Source: Octopus vulgaris
Lineage: Eukaryota
Reading direction: 5' to 3'
Length of the DNA: 64,000 nucleotides
NCBI GenBank assembly: GCA_951406725.2
Contig: OX597814.1
Coordinates: forward strand, 81,158,001 to 81,222,000
The position numbers and the translations under genes are program-made. Under the pieces are notes generated by a model that saw nothing but the letters and a program-made list of their open reading frames with translations, was not told the origin of the DNA and searched no databases. Positions 25,042 through 39,247 of the stretch are shown here, piece by piece (position 1 is the first letter of the stretch; each line of letters begins with the position of its first letter).

Positions 25042-27634
25042 CTTGGTGAAGAATATTTTGAACTAGACCAATGAAATTGTGTATTCATTAAACTCTGCTA
25101 CATTCTTTTGGACAATGCTCTAAATTCTAAAATATCTCCATATGTTAATTCAACTTCAATTCAGGAATATTTACCACCTTTGTTCTGAAAAATATATCTT
25201 ATTAAAGGGTATGTGAGGAAGATTATTTCCTAATTTTTTTGTCTTGCAACCAGGTGTTAAACCCCTTAGCTGTTACCTCTTGAAGGCATTTTGCTTTTAG
25301 CATTTTACATATAATAAGCAACAGACATCCATGTGTATTTGTATGCATATGTGTGTGATAGATAGAGGACAGGAGGGTGAGAGAGGCAGGGAGATATAAA
25401 GAAAGACTTTAAAATAATACTGACTGGAAAGTGAGTAAACTGTCCTTCATAAAAAATAAATCTTGCTTCTATGGTAATTGCTAAATATCATATCTTCATG
25501 GAAAATTTAACACTAAGTGCTGATGAAATACAAATCCAGGGTAATTACATAACTTTAATTAATACTCAGTGTTGATGAAGTAGAAATCTAACATAATTAT
25601 ATATAATTTTAATTGAATGCAACATTTCAAAGTCATACTAATATGAAAAATATATCCTATATATTTTGATATATACTTTTAGTTTCTGTGATAATTTAAT
25701 CTGCCTACATTTTTACTTGTTTACTTAGCAAATTCATTCTGTGACTTGAGTTTGTTGCCAAATTCAAAAAGTAGTGTGTGTGTGTATGTGTGTGTAAACA
25801 TGTGTACATACATGTATGTACTTGCATGAATGCATGTGTCTGCATACATTTAAGTGTGTCTATGTATGCATGAGTGTATGTATGTATGCTGTAATAAAAA
25901 TTATTAATTAATTTCTTTCCAAACTTTTCATGAAATTTTTTTTGAGTTTATGAATTTTATTATATTTTATTACATTACCGAAACTGAAGAAATGTCAGTG
26001 CTTTCAATATTCCTATAGTAATCATTACCAAAACTTTGTTACAGGGGCTAAAGTCACACAAAATTTTCTAACGTTTTCAGATTGTGTTGGAAAATAGCCC
26101 AAAAGGAAACTTCTGCTAGTATATAGTTTTGGTGAGTTGGCAGAAACGTTAGTGCATAGGACAAAATGCTTAGTGACATTTCTTTCAGTTCTTTACACTC
26201 TGAGTTCAAATCATGCCAAGATCTTTTTTTACTCTTCATCATTTCAGGGCCAATAAAATAAAGTACTTATCAAGTACTGGGGTTGATGTAATTGACTGTC
26301 CTCCCTCTCCCTAAAATTGTTGTCCTTGTTACAAAATTTGATACTGTTATTATCATTATTATTGTTAAGGTGGTGAGCTGGTAAAATTCTTAGCATGCCT
26401 GACAAAATGCTTTGCGGTATTTCTTCTGGCATTTGTCCAGAGTTCAAATCCACTGAGGTTGACTTTACCTTTTGTCCTTTTACAGGGTAGGGTCAATAAA
26501 ATTTGTACCTGTTGAATACCGGGGCTGATGTAACCAACTAGACCCTCCCTTAAAATTTCAGACCTTTGTGCACATAATAGAATGGTTTCGTACCAGAAAT
26601 AAAAAGGCAAATCCAGCAATCATCAGAAATGGGTGGTATCTGTTCCATTCACCCATTTCCAATAATGAGGTACTCTTGATATGTGTGTGTGGTGGTGGTG
26701 GTGGTGGGGAGGGGCATACCTGTCTATTTTTCTTCAGGATTTATTCAAGCCCGCTTTACAGAATTCAAGCTAGTCATGAATAAAGTAGCAAATCTCTTTT
26801 CTTTAAGTCAGTATGACTCTTGGTGTTTCTTGATATGTGTAGTGTTTGGTGTGTAGAGACATATTTGTATGTAGTATGCGTTATTCATATGTATAGATAA
26901 ACATATGCCTAGTAGTGGGCGTGCATGTTACGTATGGGCATATTACATATGGCATGTTACGTAGTGGGGGTGCATACATATGTTATGAACGTATGGGTGC
27001 TTTATTACTGTGTGTGTGTGCATATTTTATGTGTATGTGCATTTTATGTAGATGTATGTGAGGGGAGGTTGTTGTCTGTACACACTGTTAAAATCATATC
27101 TCTGTTCCAGTTTAAAATTGTTTTTAAAGTATTTTTTTTATATTTCCCTACATTTTTTGTATGTTTTCTTTGAAACAATAAATTTTTTTACACATACGAG
27201 GATAGTGTCCACATAGATATAAAACTTCAGTTATAAAATCCCCAATTCTCATTTATACACATATCCATTTATTGGTGCAATTTTCTTCATATGTATTTAT
27301 ACTGATCTTTCTTTCTTATTTTTTTTCTTATACCTACCACTACGAAGAGGCATGTTGAATCATGTGAATCTTTAACTTAGCTATTGAAATAGAATAGTGA
27401 TATATTCAAAGTAAAAAAAAAGAAAGAAAAATAACTATTTTCCAAAATTTTTAGTTTCTCAGCTCTTTTGCATGTCTGTCAATAGCAAAAATATTACCCA
27501 TATATATGGCATAAATTGTGAATTTCTGTTTTATGACTTTTGTATTGTTTTCTATGTTAGTTATATAGAATTTCATAAAAATGTAATCCTCCAAACTAAA
27601 AATGATCAGAACTGAAATATATATGTATATGTGT

Positions 27635-27697
<63 letters not shown>

Positions 27698-27699
27698 CA

Positions 27700-28072
27700 C
27701 CCTCCCCCAGTCCAATGGACGGTGCTGAGTTGTCAAACATTTAAACCAAATTTTCTCAAAATAACTTGTCCGACCGTCCCATAGGCCTCCCCTTTGAGAA
27801 ACACTGATTTAACCTAAAGTTGAGACATCATGCATTTTTCTTGTATACGCGGAGTATCGATCACAACAGCTGATGTACTTGCACATACAAATGCACGTTT
27901 CCACGGCTTTATTGATCGCATTCTCACCTGGAATCGATTTTTGTAATTTTTTCAAGACTTATACACGCCCTGATACCGTCGGTATTTACACATCAAATTT
28001 GAGCGCAATCGGATGGAGGATGCCCGAGATCCTAGAAGACACACACAGGGACAGACAGAACGGATTTATATA
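27700..28072 (-). mobile_element. Helitron/Helentron-like non-autonomous repeat, copy 2
   Basis: Reverse complement of 3222-3545 with a different middle segment, embedded between (TA)n tracts. Confidence 0.55.
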
Positions 28073-28082
28073 ATATATATAT

Positions 28083-28152
<70 letters not shown>

Positions 28153-28745
28153 GTATGTATGTATGTGTATGTGATGGTGACATGTAAAAAACACCAAGTA
28201 CACTCTGTGGGGAAATTGGTGTTAGGAAGGTCATCTAGCCATAGAAACCAAGCCAAAATAAACTATGGAACCTGGTGTGGTCCCTGGCCTTGCCATTTCC
28301 TATCAAGTTATCCAACCCATGCCAGCATGGAAAACAGACATTAAATATTGATCTCTACTCAGTCATCTATTCTGCATTGTATACTCACAATAAAACTGTT
28401 TCCCATACTCATCTTCCCATCGTACACCCACCCACACACAACAGAACTCCTTTCCAAACACACCTTCTCCACATTTCTCAACCTACACACATACCAAATG
28501 CTAAAACTTCTCCAATTACACCACATCCACAAACACTCTGATTTCATTCTGGCTACAAATAATTTACGATTTTATTAAAACTGATTTGTCTTTTTACAAA
28601 GTTGATGGTGGAACCAAGTTAATTTAGAGGTCATTTAATTCCGTTCATTATTTCTCACACCATCATCATCACCATCACCACTACCATCAACACTGCACCC
28701 CTCATCATCATCATTATCATCTCTTCCACATTTACACACACTCTG

Positions 28746-28779
<34 letters not shown>

Positions 28780-28984
28780 ATACACATACGCACTCACACA
28801 TACTTTAAAATGTATATTTTTTTGTATTTTCTAGCTCACACTGGTTTCGACTTTAACTTTGCAACTGAAAACAATTATTTATTGGCTACTCATTAGCCAG
28901 ACTTGTTCTGTGTTAATGTCAGGCTGTGAAATTAATTATGTTTCCAAAAATGTCTTTTTGAAACTTATCACCAACATTATTATT

Positions 28985-29282
28985 GTCATCATCATCATCA
29001 TATTCTACTTCTCACTCAGAGTTCTTATTCTACTTGCTCTGTGAGAGTGGACAGCATCTTGTCAAAGGTCTCACTGTCTCTTTGCACAAATTATTAGACT
29101 TGATATTTGGGTATTAAGTTTTGTGGAAGATACTCAACACCCAAGTACCAAAATCTTAGATTGTCCCTAACAGAACTATTTTTAAGCATGCTCTGCCTTC
29201 ATGTCAATTCCAATTTCTCTGACATATTTCTTGAACTTGGTTGTTAGTGCTTCAAATGTCCTTACAACTAGTGGGATGACAG
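28985..29282 (-). mobile_element. 3' fragment of an R4/Dong-like (RLE-type) non-LTR retrotransposon beside (TAA)n
   Basis: Minus-strand VIPLVVRTFEALTTKFKKYVREIGIDMKAEHA*K..LLGT resembles the RLE C-terminal motif V.P.V.GALG...K..LLGTARIL. It abuts (TAA)n at ~29283-29356. Confidence 0.55.
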
Positions 29283-29295
29283 TTATTATTATTAC

Positions 29296-29356
<61 letters not shown>

Positions 29357-29697
29357 TTGGTAGTAGATAGCAGATTCAATAGACCAGCAAGCAAAGACAG
29401 GGGTCTTGCAGTATTTAGCCCTGTCCCTTTACATGCAAAGATCAAATCATGTTGCAATTGATCTTACCTTTCATACAAAATAGTAAGTACAAGCATAGCT
29501 GTGATGGTTAAGAGTTTGCTTCCTAACCACATGGTTTTGAGTTCAGTCCCAATGCATAGCATAACCCAGAGTCAGTCAAAGCCTTGTGAGTGGATTTGAC
29601 AGCTGGACACTGAAAGAAGCTCATTGTGTATGTTTGTATGTATATATATATATATTTTGAATTTTAACCGTTGTCTGTGAAAATAGTGACATATGGA

Positions 29698-31276
29698 TAG
29701 CTGCAGGAGAAATACCTATCCAAAACTAAACCTCTGTACCTGTCTTTTGTTGACATGGAGAAAGCTTTTGATAGGGTCCCCTGATCCCTTATCTGGTGGT
29801 CAATGAGAAATGGTTATTGAGAGCTGTGCAAGCCATGTACAGGGATGCTGTCAGTAAGGTTAGGGTTGGCAACGAGCACAGTGAAGAATTCCGGATTGGG
29901 GTAGGGGTTCACCAAGGATCAGTCCTCAGCCTCCTCTTATTCATCATAGTCCTCCAGGCAATAATGGAGGAATTCAAGACAGGATGCCCCTGGGAGCTCC
30001 TCTATGCCAATGACCTTGCTCTAATTGCTGAGTCACTATCAGAACTAGAGGAAAAGTTTCAGACATGGGAGCAAGGATTAGAATCAAAGGGCCTTTGAGT
30101 CAACTTAGTCTTAATAAGTAGGAAGGCGTACAAACCACAAATCCCTTTAGATAGAAGGCCCTGCTCGATGTGTAGAAAAGGCATAGGTAGAAACTCCATA
30201 AGATGTACCCAGTGTAAGCTATGGACACATAAGAGGTGCAGCAATATCAAAGGAAGGCTAACTGGGAAGATAGTTTTTGTATGTGGCAAATACTCAGGTG
30301 CTATAGACACTGAAAATGTGCAGAGAACAGCTTCTGTCACATTCCAGGGAGAAAAACAAGTAGTTGATAGCTTCCATTACCTAAGGGACGAAGTCAGTAA
30401 CAGGGGTGGATGCACTGAAAGTGTAGCTGCTAGAATAAGAATAGCCTGGGCAAAGTTCAGAGAGCTCCTACCTCTGCTGGTGACAAAGGTCCTCTCGCTC
30501 AGAGTAAAAGGTAGACTGTATGATGCATGTGTACAAACAGGTATGTTACATGGCAGTGAAACATGGGCCATGACTACTGAGAACATGCGTAAGCTTGCAA
30601 GGAATGAAGCCAGTATGCTCCGCTGGATGCGTAATGTCAACGTGCATATACAACAGAGTGTAAGTGCCCTGAAAGAAAAGTTGAATTTAAGAAGCTTCAG
30701 ATGTAGTGTGCAAGAGAGACAACTGCACTGGTATGGTCATGTATTGCAAATGAATGAGGACAGCAGTATGAAAAAGTGTCACACCCTAGCAGTTGAGGGA
30801 ACCTGTGGAAGAGGTAGACCCAGGAAGACCTGGGATGAGGTGGTGAAGCGTGACCTTCAAACATTGGGCATTACCAAGGCAATGACTAGTGACCAAGACC
30901 TCTGGAGATATGCTGGGCTTGAGAAGACCCGACAAGCCAAGTGAGACCCTAGCCCATGGCCTATGCCAGTGGGTGTAACCAGCCCACTTATGAGTACCCC
31001 TCATTCATTGGACAATAAACTTTGCTTGCAAAGACCTATTGAGGCAAGTGAAATCAAATCAAAATCGCTGACGTGGCTGATAATAGTACCACCTGATTGG
31101 CACTCATGCCAGTGGAATGTTAAAAGCACATCCGAGCATGATTGTTGCCAGGGCCATGGATTGGCTCCTGTGCTGATGGCACTTAAAAGGTACCAGTCAA
31201 GCATGATTGTTGTCAGCATCGCCTTACCGGCACATGTGCCAGTGCCATGTGAAAAGAAATGTTCTGGCTTCTCCTG

Positions 31277-31277
<1 letters not shown>
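29698..31277 (+). mobile_element. 5'-truncated RTE-clade non-LTR retrotransposon (RT domain, C-terminus and 3' UTR), degenerate
   Basis: Translation gives FVDMEKAFDRVP, GVHQGSVLS, LLYANDL (YADD mutated to YAND at 30003-30014), VDSFHYL, LHWYGHV and GRGRPRKTW, with the ORF stop at 30942-30944. Stops and frameshifts are present. The 3' UTR has TGCCAGTGG-like subrepeats shared with other RTE tails in the window. Confidence 0.93.
29796..30944 (+). pseudogene. RTE reverse transcriptase ORF remnant (ORFs 29796-30098 and 30168-30944) with a PHD-like C4HC3 finger
   Basis: RT motifs as above. CSMC...CTQCKLWTHKRC...CGKY at 30162-30293. In-frame stop at 30096-30098. Confidence 0.88.
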
Positions 31278-31337
<60 letters not shown>

Positions 31338-31613
31338 AATAATAGAATATACCTTTTAAGAACTTTTAAATGTTAATAAGAATTATTTCCCCACAAAGTA
31401 GCTCTCAATGTTGAATTATACAACTGCTGGTAGCCGTGTTTAATTCTTGGAGTGAAAACTACCATACAGATAAGTTAACATTTCTTTTTACTAACATTTC
31501 TTTTTCCTACTTTTATTCCTCATTTCTATTCATTATTTACTAAAGTAAAATTATTCCAACAACTTCTAGCTATATAAATCTAGTTTGTCATGTTTTTATA
31601 TAGGATTTAAATA

Positions 31614-31754
31614 TAAGGTTGTCCCAAAAGTTTGTAGAAAGTCTTGGAAAATAATGGTCTTTATTTTGAGGAATAATTTTTGTTGTTTTTGTTAGTACTT
31701 GGCGAGTAAAAATTCAATTTTCGCAAGTGTTTACGAACTTTTGGGACAACCTAA
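31614..31754. mobile_element. Short mariner-type MITE
   Basis: TIRs TAAGGTTGTCCCAAAAGTT and AACTTTTGGGACAACCTAA with TA flanks. Confidence 0.8.
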
Positions 31755-32184
31755 TAGCAAAATAATTTCATATAAGATTGACCTGAAGATTGGAAATATA
31801 ATCATTTTAATATGGTGTTCTATAGAGACATTCTATTTCAGCAATATCAAGGAATATGTTGTCATGAAACATGCGTAGTCAAGATAATGTAAAGTATACG
31901 ATTTGTAATAAGGTATTAATTTTGATAATTTGGAATAAGAATTGTAGGTATTAATTTTGATAATTTTAATATTTAGTCCTATATGTACATATTGTGGATA
32001 ATGTCATTCAATGATGCTTGAGTTGCTTAGAGGGTGATTTTGTCTCTTAAGCCTATCTATTTATATGTATATAATACAGTAATTCATTTTAGTACCACTA
32101 AATTGAACTTCTTTCCCCTGTGGACTTGGAAATATCTTCCCAGATATTAATAATATTAAATATATATATGTATATATATATTCT

Positions 32185-32393
32185 CTTATTCTTTTACCTG
32201 TTTCAATCATTTGACTGCACTCATGCTGGAGCACTGCCTTAGAGGGTTCTTTTAGTCAAAGAAACCGACCCCCAGACTTATTCTTTGTAAGCCTAGTACT
32301 TATTCTATCGGTCTCTTTTGCCGAACCACTAAGTTATGTGGACATAAACACACTAGCATCAGTTGCCAAGCAATGCTGGAGGGACAAACAAAA

Positions 32394-32481
<88 letters not shown>

Positions 32482-32643
32482 CACGGACTTCTTTCAGTTT
32501 CCGTCTACCAAATCCACTCACAAGGCTTTGGTCAGCCCGAGGCTAAAGTAGAAGAAACTTGCCCAAGGTGCCACGCAGTGGGACTGAATCCAGACCCATA
32601 TGATTTGTAAGCAAGCTACTTACTACACGGCCACTCCTACGCC
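32185..32643 (-). mobile_element. SINE family A, full-length copy with expanded internal (TA)n
   Basis: Close reverse-complement match to 8413-8825. Confidence 0.85.
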
Positions 32644-34314
32644 TCATGACAGAGGCTCAATTTATTCCATGTTTATTTACTTCCATTATAGCCTGCATAT
32701 TATAGTAAACTACATGGTGCTCTGTGAGCTATCATCATGGTTTAGCACCCACTTTTCCATGCTCGCATGATTCAAATGGAATTTGTTGAGGCAGATTTTC
32801 TACAACTTGATGCCCTTTCTGTTGACAATCCTCACCTGTTTGCCAGTAAGATAACATTTGCCCATCACCAGACATGTTTGCATGGAAGATTGGCAACTAA
32901 GGATAACACTTGCATGTTAGTGACACTTGTTTACAACTATCACATTAAGTCATAGCAAGGAGACTAACTTGCATACATAAACACACACACACACACACAC
33001 ACACATACATATACATATACAACTGGCTTTTTCAATTTCCATCTACCAAATCTTCTCACAAATCTTTGGTCAGCTCTATAGAAGACATTTGCCCAAGTGT
33101 CAAGAAGTGGGACTGACCTACGACCATGTGGTTGAGAGCAAACTTCTTAGGACAGCCATACTTGTGCCTCAACCATCTACATTGTGTGTGTGTGTGTGTG
33201 TGTATAAAAATCATGTAGATTGTCAGAGAGTGAGAGAGAGAAGAAAAGAATGTACTTCCAGTTGCCACATCTAGTTTTGTTTGTTTATTTCTAAGGTCGA
33301 TTTGACATTGTATCTAATTATATTGTAATATCCTGTAAAGTTTGCTTCTCTCTTGTACTTGTGTCAAAACAAGTGTTGTTGATATTATTAAGGACAGTGA
33401 CTGGCAGAATTGGCAGTGTAGCAGACAACCTATTTTGTGTTCCTTTATGTTTGGAGGTCAAATTTCTCCAGGGTCAAATTTGCCTTTTATCTTCCTTCAG
33501 TCAATAAATTAAAGTACCAATCGAGTAATGGGGTCGATTCAATCAACTGTTTCTTCCTCCTTTCCTCTCTCTCTCCCCTCAAATTTTTACATTGTGTCTC
33601 TGTTAGAAATTATTATTTTCACATCTAATGTTTTCCTCTTATTGTTCATGTCTGGAGACATATTAATTTTTCAGAAAGTCAATATTTCTTAGTAAAGTAG
33701 TAAAAGTTTGAAAGACAAAGCATTATTAGACAACTACTTATTGTTTACTGGTTCATCAAGTGACAGACTGTTTGTGAACTTTTGAACATTGCCTGGAGTG
33801 AGTCACACAGTTCTTAGCTTTCAATTTTGGTTATGAAAAATTTATATTTCCATTGTTTCACAAAAAGTAAAGCGGTCGATTAGTAGAATCTTTAGAATAG
33901 TGATTCTTTATCTTTTTGACTTCATTGCACATGGGAGATCAAAAGCAAACAAAAAAAAATTACTAACACACACTGCATGGAAAGTTAAAAAAACATACTG
34001 TTCTAGAGTTAAAATTTTAGCAAAAAAGGCAGAAAACTATTGCTTACCTTGTTTTATTAGTCAAATTTATGTATAACTAAATTATAAACAATATCTTTTC
34101 CAAGATGCTCAACCATTTGTATAGATTTTCTAAAGCTTTATTATACTTTTAAAAATCTGCAATGCACCTAGATACTCTTTGCAGTATGCTATTAGCATGG
34201 TGCAGTGCACTAATGTATAAGAGTGCACAATTAGGTAACAACTGCTGAAATTGTTCCTGTTTTTTGCATTCTTGAGTTCAAATCTCGGAATGGTCAACTT
34301 TCTTTGAATTTATA

Positions 34315-34363
<49 letters not shown>

Positions 34364-34899
34364 CTTATGAAAGAAAGAGAAATAAAGAAAGCTTCTGACA
34401 ATGCACAAAGCTCTACAAAAAAACCTTCATATTTTGGGTGCAAAGACCTATCTTCAGAAGGAAGCAGTTCAAGCAACGTGTATTTAAGAATGGGCATGTA
34501 CAATCATTCAAATATTCCCAGTATATAACTGGTACTTATTTTACTACTCTCAGAGTGATGAGAATCCAGATGGATGTCGTAAAACTGAATCAAGCCCAAT
34601 GTGTAACAGATGCTTTTTTTATTGGTTCATAATTAAATGAAAACTGGTTACTCAACCATAGTCCAGCATTTTCTGAGATACAGGGCAACAGAGAAGCACA
34701 ATATCCATTCTATTTATTTAACCTTTTAGCATTTAAACTGGCCATATCCAGCCAAAATATTCTACCCATTTTATGCACAAAGTAGCTAGATCTGGTGTCT
34801 CACAATAACCCTATAATATGATTCTAAAGATAACAGTTACCTCATAAAAATCTTAAAGCTAAAAGGTAATTCATGATTAATTCAAAACAAGTGATTTGA

Positions 34900-35460
34900 C
34901 AGAAAAACTGGGTATACATAGCATTGGATGTAGTGTGCAATGGAAAAGACTGCACTGGTATGGCCATGTAATGCATATGAATGAAGACAGTTGCATCAAG
35001 AGGTGCCAATCTCTAATTACTGAGTGAACATGTGGAAGAGGTAGACCCAAGAAGACGTGGGATGAAGTGATGAGAAAGGATCTACAGACATGGGAACTCA
35101 CAGAGGGGATGACAGAAGACCAAGACTCTTGATGGTTCGTTGTGCTTGGAAAGATATGTCAAGCCAAGTAAATGTGTGGTTGTCCTTGCATATAGGCTTG
35201 TCTCTTGCAACCCTCTCCAGCTGAGCATCCCTAATCTCATGGGCTCATAAGTATTGGTGCCACATAAAAAGCACCCATGCCAGTACTGCGTAAAAGCACC
35301 CAGTACACTCTGTAAAGCGGTTGGCATTCAGAAGAGTATAGAAATCATGCCAAAGCAGACAGGGAGCCTGAACAGCTGTTCAGCTGGTCAACTCTTGTCA
35401 AACTGCTCAACCCATGCCAGCATAGAAAATGGATGTTAAACAAGGATGATGATGATGATG
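34900..35460 (+). mobile_element. RTE LINE 3' fragment
   Basis: RLHWYGHVMHMNEDSCIKRC and TCGRGRPKKTWDEV, 3' UTR, and (GAT)n tail. Confidence 0.85.
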
Positions 35461-35917
35461 AATATGGAATACATTAGCATTACTTTTGACAGAATATGGT
35501 AAATGCTAAATGGTTAAAGACAATGGGATGCAAGTGTAGTGGAATTTGGCTGTTATTTCTTGTAGGTCGAGTGACTGATTGGAACTTAGCTCATTTGGCT
35601 GGAATTTGGGATATGAAGAATGTTGAGCAGACACTTTGAATTTTTTATCAGTTGCGATAGCAGTGGTGGTGATGACAACAGTGAGGTAGGTAGTAATGGT
35701 GGGAGGGGAGAGAGAGGGTTTATGTTGTTGATAACACTGCTGGCAATACTGATGGTTGTGGTAATAAGGATGGTGAGCATAAATCAAACAGCAGATGTGT
35801 GGTTTGATTCCCATCAATGGATTTCTTGTTATATTTTTGATTTTCAATTTTTTTCCTTTTTAATGAATATAGACTGTTTAATGTTGTTTTACATAATTGC
35901 TTTAGTTATCATTCGAA

Positions 35918-35951
<34 letters not shown>

Positions 35952-36352
35952 GTGTGTGTGTGAGTGTGTGTGTGTGTGTGTGTGTATGCGTGTGTGTGTA
36001 TATATATACATGTGTGTGTGTGTGTTGAACAATGTTAGAAGCTGTAATCATTTGGTTTATTTCCTTGTTTTTAAGGTTTGATCTCATAGGCATCTTTTCA
36101 AGCTTACAGTGAAGCAGAGAGAGAGAAAATATATTGAAGCAAACAATACTTTAATATTTGTATGTGTATAAATATGCATATTGTTCCAGATGTATATAAG
36201 TATGCTTGTGTGTGGGTGGATGTGTGTGCATGTATGCACATATATCATCATTATATCTATATCTATCTATATATGTGTGTGCATGTGTGTGTGTGCGTTT
36301 TTCTATTACATATATGTTAATATATAAACATCTGTATATGTATTTGTGTATC

Positions 36353-36390
<38 letters not shown>

Positions 36391-36699
36391 AATAAATATA
36401 TATATATTGTTCAAGATGTATATAAGTATGTGTGTGTGTTTATTTTTTTTAAATAATTTAGCCTGAGATGATAAGGCAGTGCCTAAAACCTTGCAAACCT
36501 TTCCACAGCAGTGAGATTAATGTGGCTGATGCCCCTGCTGGAGCATCTGAGGTTAATGTCTAAAGAGAAAGAGAAACAGGGTGTTGGTTTCAATGTTTGC
36601 AACAAAAGGAATTTTTATGAAGGCACCCTCAAGAACAAAAGGGTATTGTTGAAACAGGTAATGCACTCCACCAAACACACACACACACACACACACACA

Positions 36700-37120
36700 T
36701 AGGTGTGGCTATGTGGTTAAGAAGCTTGCTGCTCAACTGTGTGTCTCATGATCAGTTATATTGCATGGCACATTGGGCAAGTTTCTTCTGTTGTTGTCCT
36801 GGGAAAACCAAAAGCTTTGTGGATTTGGTAGACAGAAGCTGAAAGAAGCCCATCAGATGTGTGTGTGTGTGTATCCTTCTCTTGGCATCATGTGATACTT
36901 TTAAATAAGCATCACCATTGAACAAGCAACATTATTTGTTTCCAGTCTTTTGTGTAAAACATGTCTAGCTATGGGTAAATATTTCTTTGTTTGGAAATAG
37001 ATGAAGGTTGATGACAGGAAGGGCATCCAGCTATAGAAAATCCACCTCACCAAATCTCCTCTGAGCCATACAAGCATGGAAAAGTAGATAATATGATGAT
37101 GATGATGATGATGATGATGA
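36700..37120 (+). mobile_element. SINE with family A head and RTE-type tail (type-2)
   Basis: Same head, then ...GGAAGGGCATCCAGCTATAGAAA...CATGGAAAAG...(GAT)n tail shared with RTE 3' ends. Similar copies at ~385-660(-), 3645-4020(+), 32735-33165(-), 38338-38715(+), 50950-51290(+) and 61395-61970(-). Confidence 0.75.
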
Positions 37121-37987
37121 CCATCATCATCATACCTCTCACATAGGTTCCAATCTATAAACATCGTGTTGTTTGTTCAACTAAACAACCTACACTTTGA
37201 ATTGTCCATGCAAAGTGTATTCCACAGACCCATGTACCCTTAATGTAATTCTCAAACACAATTATGTGTGACATTATGGCTGAACCTTTGAATTCTAGGT
37301 ACAGTGCATGCAGCAGGCTTCTGTGTGGTTTCTGTCTACCCAATTTCAATGACTGAGTTAATGTAAGTCTAAGGTAAAGACACTTGCTCAAGATGCTAAG
37401 AGATGGTTGAGATTGAACATGAGACCATATGTTTGCAAAGCAAATATCTCGACCATTCAGTCATTTTTCTATGTAAATATGTGTGTATGTGTACACACAC
37501 ATACATGCATGCACATACATTGTAATCAGCATTTTAGCAGCCATTTTCCACCATTGAACGGGTCAGACAAAATTTGTCGAGGCTACTTTTTTGTGTCCAG
37601 AAGCCCTTCCTGTCACTAACCCTCAACTATTTCCAAACAAAGTAATATTTCCACTTGATAAGCAAACACAGATAAACACTGATGTGAAAACACACACAGA
37701 CACACATGGGAATACATGCACAAATATAAAATACTAGTTACAGCTATCAATATATATGCAAACAATGTAATGGAAAAGTCAAGTAAGAAAATTATTGTAT
37801 CCCAGCAAGATTTTCATCAATATATATTGATTAAATAACTATATCTATTTACCTATCTATCTACCTGTGTGTGTGTGCATGCAAATATTAACAAGCATAC
37901 ATATATTCACACTTTTAAGTGTTAAGAATTATATTTAAATCTTAGCTGCACTTCATCATTTTTCTGGATATGAATGAAGATGATTGT

Positions 37988-38044
<57 letters not shown>

Positions 38045-39192
38045 CCACACACACACACATACACACACGTATGTGTATATAGTAGAGTAAACATTCTATC
38101 TTTGAGGTAGCATATTTGACAGTAATGTTGGTGTTGGATTTCTCTACTATAAGTAGTGATTACTATAGGCAAATTATTATATTGTTTTCAGAATTTCATC
38201 CATTTTTGTTGCTTCTGATATAATTCATTGGATAGATTTTGGCTTGACAAACATTCTAGGTGTTGTACTATTTTTCAATTTCAATACTATGTGTCTTTTT
38301 CTAACACTTGCATATATTCGCATTTATTATAGATAGCAGGCAGACATGGCTGCATGGTTAAGAAGTTCACTTGCCAACTATTTGGTTTCAGATTCAGTCC
38401 CACTATGCAATACCTTGGGCAAGTGTCTTCTACTATAGCTTCAGGTTAAACAATGTCGGTTTGGAAGATGGAAACTGAAAGAAGCCTGTCGTGTGTCTCT
38501 TTTTGTATTGACGTAATGTGATAGCTATGAGTATCATCATCATACTTGCAGTGGCCATCATTTCCAATCTTCTGTTGAGATCCATTGATGAGGAGATATT
38601 AACTTACTTGGAAACAGGTGAGGGTTAGTGACAGCAAGAGCATCCAGTTATAGAAAATCTGTTTCAACAAATCCCATCTGAACCATGCTAGCATGGGAAA
38701 AGTGAATGCCAAACAGTTATGATATATAAAGTGAACTGGCAGAATCGTTAGCATGCCAGACAAAATGCCTGGTGGCATTTCTTCACATTCTGAGTTCATA
38801 TTCCACTGAGGTCAACTTTGCCTTTCGTCCTTTTTGGGCCAATGAAATAAGTACCAGTTGTGTAGTTGAGTTTGGGGTCAATGTAATTGACTTATCCACT
38901 CACTGAAATTGTTGGCCTTCAGCTAAAATTAGAAATCGATACATGTGTGTGCACCCACACACACACACACGCACACACACACACATGCACACACACACAC
39001 ACACACACACATATGTGTACTCCTTATTGATTCCAGTTTCTTCAATTTTATATTTACACATGACAAATGCCCAAATATAGTTCACAATAATGCTATCAGA
39101 TAATATTAGGTAATTCTAAGGGTAGAACAGCTTTACACTGTACTCTGCCACGTTCCTAATGGAATATATCATAACTATATACATATATATAT

Positions 39193-39247
<55 letters not shown>

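Noticed and set aside
28835-29044. ORF after a plus-strand acceptor (TTTTCTAG at ~28834)
   Set aside because: No recognisable domain, no good donor, and it runs into trinucleotide repeats and a LINE tail.
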